A stretch of 64,000 bases of DNA from Balanoglossus misakiensis (Eukaryota > Animalia > Hemichordata): the NCBI GenBank assembly GCA_040954595.2, contig CM082588.2, positions 2,810,413 through 2,874,412 on the forward strand, read 5' to 3'. The position numbers and the translations under genes were made by a program. Positions 47,070 through 62,000 of the stretch are shown in pieces (positions within the stretch are counted from its first letter, which is position 1; the number at the start of each line of letters is the position of its first letter). Under the pieces are notes generated by a model. It had not been told where the DNA came from, ran no database searches, and was given only the letters and a program-made list of their open reading frames with translations.

Positions 47070-50000
47070 AGTTTTGAAAATTCGCAAAGTGGAACAATTG
47101 TCATTTTTTGATGATTTTCATGAGCTATATAACCCATGATTTTTTCGAAAAATCGGCCAAATTTTGAGATTTCGCAAAGTCGAAAAATTGTCATTTTTTG
47201 ATGATTTCCTGAGCTATAACCCATGATTTTTTTCAGAAATCGGCCAAATTTTGATTTTCCGCAAAGTCGAAAAGTTGTCATTTTTTGATGATTTCCTGAG
47301 CTATAACCCATGATTTTTTTCATAAATCGGCCTAATTTTGATTTCCCGCAAAGTCGAAAAATTGTCATTTTTTGATGATTTCCTGAGCTATAACCCATGA
47401 TTTTTTTCAAAAATCGCCCAAATTTTGATTTTCCGCAAAGTCGAAAAATTGTCATTTTTTGATGATTTCCTGAGCTATAACCCATGATTTTTTTCAAAAA
47501 TCGGCCTAATTTTGATTTTCCGCAAAGTCGAAAAATTGTCATTTTTTGATGATTTCCTGAGCTATAACCCATGATTTTTATCAAAAATCGGCCTAATTTT
47601 GATTTTCCGCAAAGTCGAAAAATTGTCATTTTTTGATGATTTCCTGAGCTATAACCCATGATTTTTTTCAAAAATCGCCCAAATTTTGATTTTCCGCAAA
47701 GTCGAAAAATTGTCATTTTTTGATGATTTCCTGAGCTATAACCCATGATTTTTTTCAAAAATCGCCCAAATTTTGATTTTCCGCAAAGTCGAAAAATTGT
47801 CATTTTTTGATGATTTCCTGAGCTATAACCCATGATTTTTTTCAAAAATCGCCCGAATTTTGATTTTCCGCAAAGTCGAAAAATTGTCATTTTTTGATGA
47901 TTTCCTGAGCTATAACCCATGATTTTTTTCAAAAATCGGCCAAATTTTGATTTTCCGCAAAGTCGAAAAATTGTCATTTTTTGATGATTTCCTGAGCTAT
48001 AACCCATGATTTTTTTCAAAAATCGGCCAAATTTTGATTTTCCGCAAAGTCGAAAAATTGTCATTTTTTTGATGATTTCCTGAGCTATAACCCATGATTT
48101 TTTTCAAAAATCGGCCAAATTTTGATTTTCCGCAAAGTCGAAAAATTGTCATTTTTTGATGATTTCCTGAGCTATAACCCATGATTTTTTTCAAAAATCG
48201 GCCAAATTTTGATTTTCCGCAAAGTCGAAAAATTGTCATTTTTTGATGATTTCCTGAGCTATAACCCATGATTTTTTTCGAAAATCGGCCAAATTTTGAT
48301 TTTCCGCAAAGTCGAAAAATTGTCATTTTTTGAATTTCCTGAGCTATAACCCATGATTTTATTCGAAAATCGCCCAAATTTTGATTTTCCGCAAAGTCGA
48401 AAAATTGTCATTTTTTGATGATTTCCTGAGCTATAACCCATGATTTTTTTCAAAAATCGGCCAAATTTTGATTTTCCGCAAAGTCGAAAAATTGTCATTT
48501 TTTGATGATTTCCTGAGCTATAACCCATGATTTTTTTCAAAAATCGGCCAAATTTTGATTTTCCGCAAAGTCGAAAAATTGTCATTTTTTGATGATTTCC
48601 TGAGCTATAACCCATGATTTTTTTCAAAAATCGGCCTAATTTTGATTTTCCGCAAAGTCGAAAAATTGTCATTTTTTGATGATTTCCTGAGCTATAACCC
48701 ATGATTTTTTTCGAAAATCGCCCAAATTTTGATTTTCCGCAAAGTCGAAAAATTGTCATTTTTTGATGATTTCCTGAGCTATAACCCATGATTTTTTTCG
48801 AAAATCGGCCAAATTTTCACTTTCCGCAAAGTCGAAAAATTGTCATTTTTTGATGATTTCCTGAGCTATAACCCATGATTTTTTTCGAAAATCGGCCAAA
48901 TTTTCACTTTCCGCAAAGTCGAAAAATTGTCATTTTTTGATGATTTCCTGAGCTATAACCCATGATTTTTTTCGAAAATCGGCCAAATTTTGATTTTCCG
49001 CAAAGTCGAAAAATTGTCATTTTTTGATGATTTCCTGAGCTATAACCCATGATTTTTTTCGAAAATCGGCCAAATTTTGATTTTCCGCAAAGTCGAAAAA
49101 TTGTCATTTTTTGATGATTTCCTGAGCTATAACCCATGATTTTTTTCAAAAATCGGCCAAATTTTGATTTTCCGCAAAGTCGAAAAATTGTCATTTTTTG
49201 ATGATTTCCTGAGCTATAACCCATGATTTTTTTCAAAAATCGGCCAAATTTTGATTTTCCGCAAACTCGAAAAATTGTCATTTTTTGATGATTTCCTGAG
49301 CTATAACCCATGATTTTTTTCAAAAATCGGCCAAATTTTGATTTTCCGCAAAGTCGAAAAATTGTCATTTTTTGATGTTTTCCTGAGCTATAACCCATGA
49401 TTTTTTTCAAAAATCGGCCAAATTTTGATTTTCCGCAAAGTCGAAAAATTGTCATTTTTTGATGTTTTCCTGAGCTATAACCCATGATTTTTTTCAAAAA
49501 TCGCCCAAATTTTGATTTTCCGCAAAGTCGAAAAATTGTCATTTTTTGATGATTTCCTGAGCTATAACCCATGATTTTTTTCAAAAATCGCCCAAATTTT
49601 GATTTTCCGCAAAGTCGAAAAATTGTCATTTTTTGATGATTTCCTGAGCTATAACCCATGATTTTTTTCAAAAATCGCCCAAATTTTGATTTTCCGCAAA
49701 GTCGAAAAATTGTCATTTTTTGATGATTTCCTGAGCTATAACCCATGATTTTTTTCAAAAATCGCCCAAATTTTGATTTTCCGAAAAGTCGAAAAATTGT
49801 CATTTTTTGATGATTTCCTGAGCTATAACCCATGATTTTTTTCAAAAATCGGCCAAATTTTGATTTTCCGCAAAGTCGAAAAATTGTCATTTTTTGATGA
49901 TTTCCTGAGCTATAACCCATGATTTTTTTCAAAAATCGCCCAAATTTTGATTTTCCGCAAAGTCGAAAAATTGTCATTTTTTGATGATTTCCTGAGCTAT

Positions 50001-53000
50001 AACCCATGATTTTTTTCAAAAATCGGCCAAATTTTGATTTTCCGCAAAGTCGAAAAAGTGTCATTTTTTGATGATTTCCTGAGCTATAACCCATGATTTT
50101 TTTCAAAAATCGCCCAAATTTTGATTTTCCGCAAAGTCGAAAAATTGTCATTTTTTGATGATTTCCTGAGCTATAACCCATGATTTTTTTCAAAAATCGC
50201 CCAAATTTTGATTTTCCGCAAAGTCGAAAAATTGTCATTTTTTGATGATTTCCTGAGCTATAACCCATGATTTTTTTCAAAAATCGGCCAAATTTTGATT
50301 TTCCGCAAAGTCGAAAAATTGTCATTTTTTGATGATTTCCTGAGCTATAACCCATGATTTTTTTCAAAAATCGCCCAAATTTTGATTTTCCGCAAAGTCG
50401 AAAAATTGTCATTTTTTGATGATTTCCTGAGCTATAACCCATGATTTTTTTCAAAAATCGGCCAAATTTTGTTTTTCCGCAAAGTCGAAAAATTGTCATT
50501 TTTTGATGATTTCCTGAGCTATAACCCATGATTTTTTTCAAAAATCGGCCAAATTTTGTTTTTCCGCAAAGTCGAAAAATTGTCATTTTTTGATGATTTC
50601 CTGAGCTATAACCCATGATTTTTTTCAAAAATCGGCCAAATTTTGATTTTCCGCAAAGTCGAAAAATTGTCATTTTTTGATGATTTCCTGAGCTATAACC
50701 CATGATTTTTTTCAAAAATCGCCCAAATTTTGATTTTCCGCAAAGTCGAAAAATTGTCATTTTTTGATGATTTCCTGAGCTATAACCCATGATTTTTTTC
50801 AAAAATCGCCCAAATTTTGATTTTCCGCAAAGTCGAAAAATTGTCATTTTTTGATGATTTCCTGAGCTATAACCCATGATTTTTTTCAAAAATCGCCCAA
50901 ATTTTGATTTTCCGCAAAGTCGAAAAATTGTCATTTTTTGATGATTTCCTGAGCTATAACCCATGATTTTTTTCAAAAATCGGCCAAATTTTGATTTTCC
51001 GCAAAGTCGAAAAATTGTCATTTTTTGATGATTTCCTGAGCTATAACCCATGATTTTTTTCAAAAATCGCCCAAATTTTGATTTTCCGCAAAGTCGAAAA
51101 ATTGTCATTTTTTGATGATTTCCTGAGCTATAACCCATGATTTTTTTCAAAAATCGGCCAAATTTTGATTTTCCGCAAAGTCGAAAAATTGTCATTTTTT
51201 GATGATTTCCTGAGCTATAACCCATGATTTTTTTCAAAAATCGGCCAAATTTTGATTTTCCGAAAAGTCGAAAAATTGTCATTTTTTGATGATTTCCTGA
51301 GCTATATAACCCATGATTTTTTTCAAAAATCGGCCAAATTTTGATTTTCCGAAAAGTCGAAAAATTGTCATTTTTTGATGATTTCCTGAGCTATAACCCA
51401 TGATTTTTTTCAAAAATCGGCCAAATTTTGATTTTCCGCAAAGTCGAAAAATTGTCATTTTTTGATGATTTCCTGAGCTATAACCCATGATTTTTTTCAA
51501 AAATCGGCCAAATTTTGATTTTCCGCAAAGTCGAAAAATTGTCATTTTTTGATGATTTCCTGAGCTATAACCCATGATTTTTTTCAAAAATCGGCCAAAT
51601 TTTGATTTTCCGCAAAGTCGAAAAATTGTCATTTTTTGATGATTTCCTGAGCTATAACCCATGATTTTTTTCAAAAATCGCCCAAATTTTGATTTTCCGC
51701 AAAGTCGAAAAATTGTCATTTTTTGATGATTTCCTGAGCTATAACCCATGATTTTTTTCAAAAATCGCCCAAATTTTGATTTTCCGCAAAGTCGAAAAAT
51801 TGTCATTTTTTGATGATTTCCTGAGCTATAACCCATGATTTTTTTCAAAAATCGCCCAAATTTTGATTTTCCGCAAAGTCGAAAAATTGTCATTTTTTGA
51901 TGATTTCCTGAGCTATAACCCATGATTTTTTTCAAAAATCGGCCAAATTTTGATTTTCCGCAAAGTCGAAAAATTGTCATTTTTTGATGATTTCCTGAGC
52001 TATAACCCATGATTTTTTTCAAAAATCGGCCAAATTTTGATTTTCCGCAAAGTCGAAAAATTGTCATTTTTTGATGATTTCCTGAGCTATAACCCATGAT
52101 TTTTTTCAAAAATCGGCCAAATTTTGATTTTCCGCAAAGTCGAAAAATTGTCATTTTTTGATGATTTCCTGAGCTATAACCCATGATTTTTTTCAAAAAT
52201 CGGCCAAATTTTGATTTTCCGCAAAGTCGAAAAATTGTCATTTTTTGATGATTTCCTGAGCTATAACACATGATTTTTTTCAAAAATCGCCCAAATTTTG
52301 ATTTTCCGCAAAGTCGAAAAATTGTCATTTTTTGATGATTTCCTGAGCTATAACCCATGATTTTTTTTCAAAAATCGGCCAAATTTTGATTTTCCGAAAA
52401 GTCGAAAAATTGTCATTTTTTGATGATTTCCTGAGCTATAACCCATGATTTTTTTCAAAAATCGGCCAAATTTTGATTTTCCGCAAAGTCGAAAAATTGT
52501 CATTTTTTGATGATTTCCTGAGCTATAACCCATGATTTTTTTCAAAAATCGGCCAAATTTTGATTTTCCGCAAAGTCGAAAAATTGTCATTTTTTGATGA
52601 TTTCCTGAGCTATAACACATGATTTTTTTCAAAAATCGCCCAAATTTTGATTTTCCGCAAAGTCGAAAAATTGTCATTTTTTGATGATTTCCTGAGCTAT
52701 AACCCATGATTTTTTTCAAAAATCGCCCAAATTTTGATTTTCCGCAAAGTCGAAAAATTGTCATTTTTTGATGATTTCCTGAGCTATAACCCATGATTTT
52801 TTTCAAAAATCGCCCAAACTTTGATTTTCCGCAAAGTCGAAAAATTGTCATTTTTTGATGATTTCCTGAGCTATAACCCATGATTTTTTTCAAAAATCGC
52901 CCAAACTTTGATTTTCCGCAAAGTCGAAAAATTGTCATTTTTTGATGATTTCCTGAGCTATAACCCATGATTTTTTTCAAAAATCGCCCAAATTTTGATT

Positions 53001-56000
53001 TTCCGCAAAGTCGAAAAATTGTCATTTTTTGATGATTTCCTGAGCTATAACCCATGATTTTTTCAAAAATCGGCCAAATTTGATTTTCCGCAAAGTCGAA
53101 AAATTGTCATTTTTTGATGATTTCCTGAGCTATAACCCATGATTTTTTTCAAAAATCGCCCAAATTTTGATTTTCCGCAAAGTCGAAAAATTGTCATTTT
53201 TTGATGATTTCCTGAGCTATAACCCATGATTTTTTTCAAAAATCGGCCCAAATTTTGATTTTCCGCAAAGTCGAAAAATTGTCATTTTTTGATGATTTCC
53301 TGAGCTATAACCCATGATTTTTTTCAAAAATCGGCCAAATTTTGATTTTCCGCAAAGTCGAAAAATTGTCATTTTTTGATGATTTCCTGAGCTATAACCC
53401 ATGATTTTTTCAAAAATCGGCCAAATTTTGATTTTCCGCAAAGTCGAAAAATTGTCATTTTTTGATGATTTCCTGAGCTATAACCCATGATTTTTTTCAA
53501 AAATCGGCCAAATTTTGATTTTCCGCAAAGTCGAAAAATTGTCATTTTTTGATGATTTCCTGAGCTATAACCCATGATTTTTTTCAAAAATCGGCCAAAT
53601 TTTGATTTTCCGCAAAGTCGAAAAATTGTCATTTTTTGATGATTTCCTGAGCTATAACCCATGATTTTTTTCAAAAATCGGCCAAATTTTGATTTTCCGC
53701 AAAGTCGAAAAATTGTCATTTTTTGATGATTTTCCTGAGCTATAACCCATGATTTTTTTCAAAAATCGGCCAAATTTTGATTTTCCGCAAAGTCGAAAAA
53801 TTGTCATTTTTTGATGATTTCCTGAGCTATAACCCATGATTTTTTTCAAAAATCGGCCAAATTTTGTTTTTCCGCAAAGTCGAAAAATTGTCATTTTTTG
53901 ATGATTTCCTGAGCTATAACCCATGATTTTTTTCAAAAATCGGCCAAATTTTGATTTTCCGCAAAGTCGAAAAATTGTCATTTTTTGATGATTTCCTGAG
54001 CTATAACCCATGATTTTTTTCAAAAATCGGCCAAATTTTGATTTTCCGCAAAGTCGAAAAATTGTCATTTTTTGATGATTTCCTGAGCTATAACCCATGA
54101 TTTTTTTCAAAAATCGGCCAAATTTTGATTTCCGCAAAGTCGAAAAATTGTCATTTTTTGATGATTTCCTGAGCTATAACCCATGATTTTTTTCAAAAAT
54201 CGGCCAAATTTTGATTTTCCGCAAAGTCGAAAAATTGTCATTTTTTGATGATTTCCTGAGCTATAACCCATGATTTTTTTCAAAAATCGGCCAAATTTTG
54301 ATTTCCGCAAAGTCGAAAAATTGTCATTTTTTGATGATTTCCTGAGCTATAACCCATGATTTTTTTCAAAAATCGGCCAAATTTTGATTTTCCGCAAAGT
54401 CGAAAAATTGTCATTTTTTGATGATTTCCTGAGCTATAACCCATGATTTTTTTCAAAAATCGGCCAAATTTTGATTTTCCGCAAAGTCGAAAAATTGTCA
54501 TTTTTTGATGATTTCCTGAGCTATAACCCATGATTTTTTTCAAAAATCGGCCAAATTTTGATTTTCCGCAAAGTCGAAAAATTGTCATTTTTTGATGATT
54601 TCCTGAGCTATAACCCATGATTTTTTTCAAAAATCGGCCAAATTTTGATTTTCCGAAAAGTCGAAAAATTGTCATTTTTTGATGATTTCCTGAGCTATAA
54701 CCCATGATTTTTTTCAAAAATCGCCAAATTTTGATTTTCCGCAAAGTCGAAAAATTGTCATTTTTTGATGATTTCCTGAGCTATAACCCATGATTTTTTT
54801 CAAAAATCGGCCAAATTTTGATTTTCCGCAAAGTCGAAAAATTGTCATTTTTTGATGATTTCCTGAGCTATAACCCATGATTTTTTTCAAAAATCGGCCC
54901 AAATTTTGTTTTTCCGCAAAGTCGAAAAATTGTCATTTTTTGATGATTTCCTGAGCTATAACCCATGATTTTTTTCAAAAATCGGCCAAATTTTGATTTT
55001 CCGCAAAGTCGAAAAATTGTCATTTTTTGATGATTTCCTGAGCTATAACCCATGATTTTTTTCAAAAATCGGCCAAATTTTGATTTTCCGCAAAGTCGAA
55101 AAATTGTCATTTTTTGATGATTTCCTGAGCTATAACCCATGATTTTTTCAAAAATCGGCCAAATTTTTGATTTTCCGCAAAGTCGAAAAATTGTCATTTT
55201 TTGATGATTTCCTGAGCTATAACCCATGATTTTTTTCAAAAATCGGCCAAATTTTGATTTTCCGCAAAGTCGAAAAATTGTCATTTTTTGATGATTTCCT
55301 GAGCTATAACCCATGATTTTTTTCAAAAATCGGCCAAATTTTGATTTTCCGCAAAGTCGAAAAATTGTCATTTTTTGATGATTTCCTGAGCTATAACCCA
55401 TGATTTTTTTCAAAAATCGGCCAAATTTTGATTTTCCGCAAAGTCGAAAAATTGTCATTTTTTGATGATTTCCTGAGCTATAACCCATGATTTTTTTCAA
55501 AAATCGGCCAAATTTTGATTTTCCGCAAAGTCGAAAAATTGTCATTTTTTGATGATTTCCTGAGCTATAACCCATGATTTTTTTCAAAAATCGGCCAAAT
55601 TTTGATTTTCCGCAAAGTCGAAAAATTGTCATTTTTTGATGATTTCCTGAGCTATAACCCATGATTTTTTTCAAAAAATCGGCCCAAATTTTGATTTTCC
55701 GCAAAGTCGAAAAATTGTCATTTTTTGATGATTTCCTGAGCTATAACCCATGATTTTTTTCAAAAATCGGCCAAATTTTGATTTTCCGAAAAGTCGAAAA
55801 ATTGTCATTTTTTGATGATTTCCTGAGCTATAACCCATGATTTTTTTTCAAAAATCGGCCAAATTTTGATTTTCCGCAAAGTCGAAAAATTGTCATTTTT
55901 TGATGATTTCCTGAGCTATAACCCATGATTTTTTTCAAAAATCGCCCAAATTTTGATTTTCCGCAAAGTCGAAAAATTGTCATTTTTTGATGATTTCCTG

Positions 56001-59000
56001 AGCTATAACCCATGATTTTTTTCAAAAATCGGCCCAAATTTTGATTTTCCGCAAAGTCGAAAAATTGTCATTTTTTGATGATTTCCTGAGCTATAACCCA
56101 TGATTTTTTTCAAAAATCGCCCAAATTTTGATTTTCCGCAAAGTCGAAAAATTGTCATTTTTTGATGATTTCCTGAGCTATAACCCATGATTTTTTTCAA
56201 AAATCGCCCAAATTTTGATTTTCCGCAAAGTCGAAAAATTGTCATTTTTTGATGATTTCCTGAGCTATAACCCATGATTTTTTTCAAAAATCGCCCAAAT
56301 TTTGATTTTCCGCAAAGTCGAAAAATTGTCATTTTTGATGATTTCCTGAGCTATAACCCATGATTTTTTTCAAAAATCGCCCAAATTTTGATTTTCCGCA
56401 AAGTCGAAAAATTGTCATTTTTTGATGATTTCCTGAGCTATAACCCATGATTTTTTTCAAAAATCGCCCAAATTTTGATTTTCCGCAAAGTCGAAAAATT
56501 GTCATTTTTTGATGATTTCCTGAGCTATAACCCATGATTTTTTTCAAAAATCGCCCAAATTTTGATTTTCCGCAAAGTCGAAAAATTGTCATTTTTTGAT
56601 GATTTCCTGAGCTATAACCCATGATTTTTTTCAAAAATCGCCCAAATTTTGATTTTCCGCAAAGTCGAAAAATTGTCATTTTTTGATGATTTCCTGAGCT
56701 ATAACCCATGATTTTTTTCAAAAATCGCCAAATTTTGATTTTCCGCAAAGTCGAAAAATTGTCATTTTTTGATGATTTCCTGAGCTATAACCCATGATTT
56801 TTTCAAAAATCGGCCCAAATTTTGATTTTCCGCAAAGTCGAAAAATTGTCATTTTTTGATGATTTCCTGAGCTATAACCCATGATTTTTTTCAAAAATCG
56901 CCCAAATTTGATTTTCCGCAAAGTCGAAAAATTGTCATTTTTTGATGATTTCCTGAGCTATAACCCATGATTTTTTTCAAAAAATCGCCCAAATTTTGAT
57001 TTTCCGCAAAGTCGAAAAATTGTCATTTTTTGATGATTTCCTGAGCTATAACCCATGATTTTTTTCAAAAATCGGCCAAATTTTGATTTTCCGCAAAGTC
57101 GAAAAATTGTCATTTTTTGATGATTTCCTGAGCTATAACCCATGATTTTTTTCAAAAATCGGCCAAATTTTGATTTTCCGCAAAGTCGAAAAATTGTCAT
57201 TTTTTGATGATTTCCTGAGCTATAACCCATGATTTTTTTCAAAAATCGCCCAAATTTTGATTTTCGCAAAGTCGAAAAATTGTCATTTTTTGATGATTTC
57301 CTGAGCTATAACCCATGATTTTTATCAAAATCGGCCCAAATTTTGATTTTCCGCAAAGTCGAAAAATTGTCATTTTTTGATGATTTCCTGAGCTATAACC
57401 CATGATTTTTTATCAAAAATCGGCCCAAATTTTGATTTTCCGCAAAGTCGAAAAATTGTCATTTTTTGATGATTTCCTGAGCTATAACCCATGATTTTTA
57501 TCAAAAATCGGCCAAATTTTGATTTTCCGCAAAGTCGAAAAATTGTCATTTTTGATGATTTCCTGAGCTATAACCCATGATTTTTATCAAAAATCGGCCA
57601 AATTTTGATTTTCCGCAAAGTCGAAAAATTGTCATTTTTTGATGATTTCCTGAGCTATAACCCATGATTTTTTCAAAAATCGGCCAAATTTTGATTTTCC
57701 GCAAAGTCGAAAAATTGTCATTTTTTGATGATTTCCTGAGCTATAACCCATGATTTTTATCAAAAATCGGCCAAATTTTGATTTTCCGCAAAGTCGAAAA
57801 ATTGTCATTTTTTGATGATTTCCTGAGCTATAACCCATGATTTTTATCAAAAATCGGCCAAATTTTGATTTTCCGCAAAGTCGAAAAATTGTCATTTTTT
57901 GATGATTTCCTGAGCTATAACCATGATTTTTTTCAAAAATCGGCCAAATTTTGATTTTCCGCAAAGTCGAAAAATTGTCATTTTTTGATGATTTCCTGAG
58001 CTATAACCCATGATTTTTTTCAAAAATCGGCCAAATTTTGATTTTCCGCAAAGTCGAAAAATTGTCATTTTTTGATGATTTCCTGAGCTATAACCCATGA
58101 TTTTTTCAAAAATCGGCCAAATTTTGATTTTCCGCAAAGTCGAAAAATTGTCATTTTTTGATGATTTCCTGAGCTATAACCCATGATTTTTTTCAAAAAT
58201 CGGCCAAATTTTGATTTTCCGCAAAGTCGAAAAATTGTCATTTTTGATGATTTCCTGAGCTATAACCCATGATTTTTTTCAAAAATCGGCCAAATTTTGA
58301 TTTTCCGCAAAGTCGAAAAATTGTCATTTTTTGATGATTTCCTGAGCTATAACCCATGATTTTTTTCAAAAATCGCCCAAATTTTGATTTTCCGCAAAGT
58401 CGAAAAATTGTCATTTTTTGATGATTTCCTGAGCTATAACCCATGATTTTTTTCAAAAATCGGCCAAATTTTGATTTTCCGCAAAGTCGAAAAATTGTCA
58501 TTTTTTGATGATTTCCTGAGCTATAACCCATGATTTTTATCAAAAATCGCCCAAATTTTGATTTTCCGCAAAGTCGAAAAATTGTCATTTTTTGATGATT
58601 TCCTGAGCTATAACCCATGATTTTTATCAAAAATCGGCCAAATTTTGATTTTCCGCAAAGTCGAAAAATTGTCATTTTTTGATGATTTCCTGAGCTATAA
58701 CCCATGATTTTTATCAAAAATCGGCCAAATTTTGATTTTCCGCAAAGTCGAAAAATTGTCATTTTTTGATGATTTCCTGAGCTATAACCCATGATTTTTA
58801 TCAAAAATCGGCCAAATTTTGATTTTCCGCAAAGTCGAAAAATTGTCATTTTTTGATGATTTCCTGAGCTATTAACCCATGATTTTTATCAAAAATCGGC
58901 CAAATTTTGATTTTCCGCAAAGTCGAAAAATTGTCATTTTTTGATGATTTCCTGAGCTATAACCCATGATTTTTATCAAAAATCGGCCAAATTTTGATTT

Positions 59001-62000
59001 TCCGCAAAGTCGAAAATTGTCATTTTTTGATGATTTCCTGAGCTATAACCCATGATTTTTTATCAAAAATCGGCCAAATTTTGATTTTCCGCAAAGTCGA
59101 AAAATTGTCATTTTTTGATGATTTCCTGAGCTATAACCCATGATTTTTATCAAAAATCGGCCAAATTTTGATTTTCCGCAAAGTCGAAAAATTGTCATTT
59201 TTTGATGATTTCCTGAGCTATAACCCATGATTTTTTTCAAAAATCGGCCAAATTTTGATTTTCCGCAAAGTCGAAAAATTGTCATTTTTTGATGATTTCC
59301 TGAGCTATAACCCATGATTTTTTTCAAAAATCGGCCAAATTTTGATTTTCCGCAAAGTCGAAAAATTGTCATTTTTTGATGATTTCCTGAGCTATAACCC
59401 ATGATTTTTTTCAAAAATCGCCAAATTTTGATTTTCCGCAAAGTCGAAAAATTGTCATTTTTTGATGATTTCCTGAGCTATACCCATGATTTTTTCAAAA
59501 ATCGGCCAAATTTTGATTTTCCGCAAAGTCGAAAAATTGTCATTTTTTGATGATTTCCTGAGCTATAACCCATGATTTTTTTCAAAAATCGGCCAAATTT
59601 TGATTTTCCGCAAAGTCGAAAAATTGTCATTTTTTGATGATTTCCTGAGCTATAACCCATGATTTTTATCAAAAATCGGCCAAATTTTGATTTTCCGCAA
59701 AGTCGAAAAATTGTCATTTTTTGATGATTTCCTGAGCTATAACCCATGATTTTTATCAAAAATCGGCCAAATTTTGATTTTCCGCAAAGTCGAAAAATTG
59801 TCATTTTTTGATGATTTCCTGAGCTATAACCCATGATTTTTATCAAAAATCGGCCAAATTTTGATTTTCCGCAAAGTCGAAAAATTGTCATTTTTTGATG
59901 ATTTCCTGAGCTATAACCCATGATTTTTATCAAAAATCGGCCAAATTTTGATTTTCCGCAAAGTCGAAAAATTGTCATTTTTTGATGATTTCCTGAGCTA
60001 TAACCCCATGATTTTTTTCAAAAATCGGCCAAATTTTGATTTTCCGCAAAGTCGAAAAATTGTCATTTTTTGATGATTTCCTGAGCTATAACCCATGATT
60101 TTTTCAAAAATCGGCCAAATTTTGATTTTCCGCAAAGTCGAAAAATTGTCATTTTTTGATGATTTCCTGAGCTATAACCCATGATTTTTTTCAAAAATCG
60201 GCCAAATTTTGATTTTCCGCAAAGTCGAAAAATTGTCATTTTTTGATGATTTCCTGAGCTATAACCCATGATTTTTTTCAAAAATCGGCCAAATTTTGAT
60301 TTTCCGCAAAGTCGAAAAATTGTCATTTTTTGATGATTTCCTGAGCTATAACCCATGATTTTTTTCAAAAATCGGCCAAATTTTGATTTTCCGCAAAGGT
60401 CGAAAAATTGTCATTTTTTGATGATTTCCTGAGCTATAACCCATGATTTTTTTCAAAAATCGCCCAAATTTTGATTTTCCGCAAAGTCGAAAAATTGTCA
60501 TTTTTTGATGATTTCCTGAGCTATAACCCATGATTTTTTTCAAAAATCGCCCAAATTTTGATTTTCCGCAAAGTCGAAAAATTGTCATTTTTTGATGATT
60601 TCCTGAGCTATAACCCATGATTTTTTTCAAAAATCGCCCAAATTTTGATTTTCCGCAAAGTCGAAAAATTGTCATTTTTTGATGATTTCCTGAGCTATAA
60701 CCCATGATTTTTTTCAAAATCGCCCAAATTTTGATTTCCGCAAAGTCGAAAATTGTCATTTTTTGATGATTTCCTGAGCTATAACCCATGATTTTTATCA
60801 AAAATCGGCCCAAATTTTGATTTTCCGCAAAGTCGAAAAATTGTCATTTTTTGATGATTTCCTGAGCTATAACCCATGATTTTTATCAAAATCGGCCAAA
60901 TTTTGATTTTCCGCAAAGTCGAAAAATTGTCATTTTTTGATGATTTCCTGAGCTATAACCCATGATTTTTATCAAAAATCGGCCAAATTTTGATTTTCCG
61001 CAAAGTCGAAAAATTGTCATTTTTTGATGATTTCCTGAGCTATAACCCATGATTTTTATCAAAAATCGGCCAAATTTTGATTTTCCGCAAAGTCGAAAAA
61101 TTGTCATTTTTTGATGATTTCCTGAGCTATAACCCATGATTTTTATCAAAAATCGGCCAAATTTTGATTTTCCGCAAAGTCGAAAAATTGTCATTTTTTG
61201 ATGATTTCCTGAGCTATAACCCATGATTTTTATCAAAAATCGGCCAAATTTTGATTTTCCGCAAAGTCGAAAAATTGTCATTTTTTGATGATTTCCTGAG
61301 CTATAACCCATGATTTTTTTCAAAAATCGGCCAAATTTTGATTTTCCGCAAAGTCGAAAAATTGTCATTTTTGATGATTTTCCTGAGCTATAACCCATGA
61401 TTTTTTTCAAAAATCGGCCAAATTTTGATTTTCCGCAAAGTCGAAAAATTGTCATTTTTTGATGATTTCCTGAGCTATAACCCATGATTTTTTTCAAAAA
61501 TCGGCCAAATTTGATTTTCCGCAAAGTCGAAAAATTGTCATTTTTTGATGATTTCCTGAGCTATAACCCATGATTTTTTCAAAATCGGCCAAATTTTGAT
61601 TTTCCGCAAAGTCGAAAAATTGTCATTTTTTGATGATTTCCTGAGCTATAACCCATGATTTTTTTCAAAAATCGGCCAAATTTTGATTTTCCGCAAAGTC
61701 GAAAAATTGTCATTTTTTGATGATTTCCTGAGCTATAACCCATGATTTTTTCAAAAATCGGCCAAATTTTGATTTTCCGCAAAGTCGAAAAATGTCATTT
61801 TTTGATGATTTCCTGAGCTATAACCCATGATTTTTTCAAAAATCGGCCAAATTTTGATTTTCCGCAAAGTCGAAAAATTGTCATTTTTTGATGATTTCCT
61901 GAGCTATAACCCATGATTTTTTTCAAAAATCGGCCCAAATTTTGATTTTCCGCAAAGTCGAAAAATTGTCATTTTTTGATGATTTCTGAGCTATAACCCA

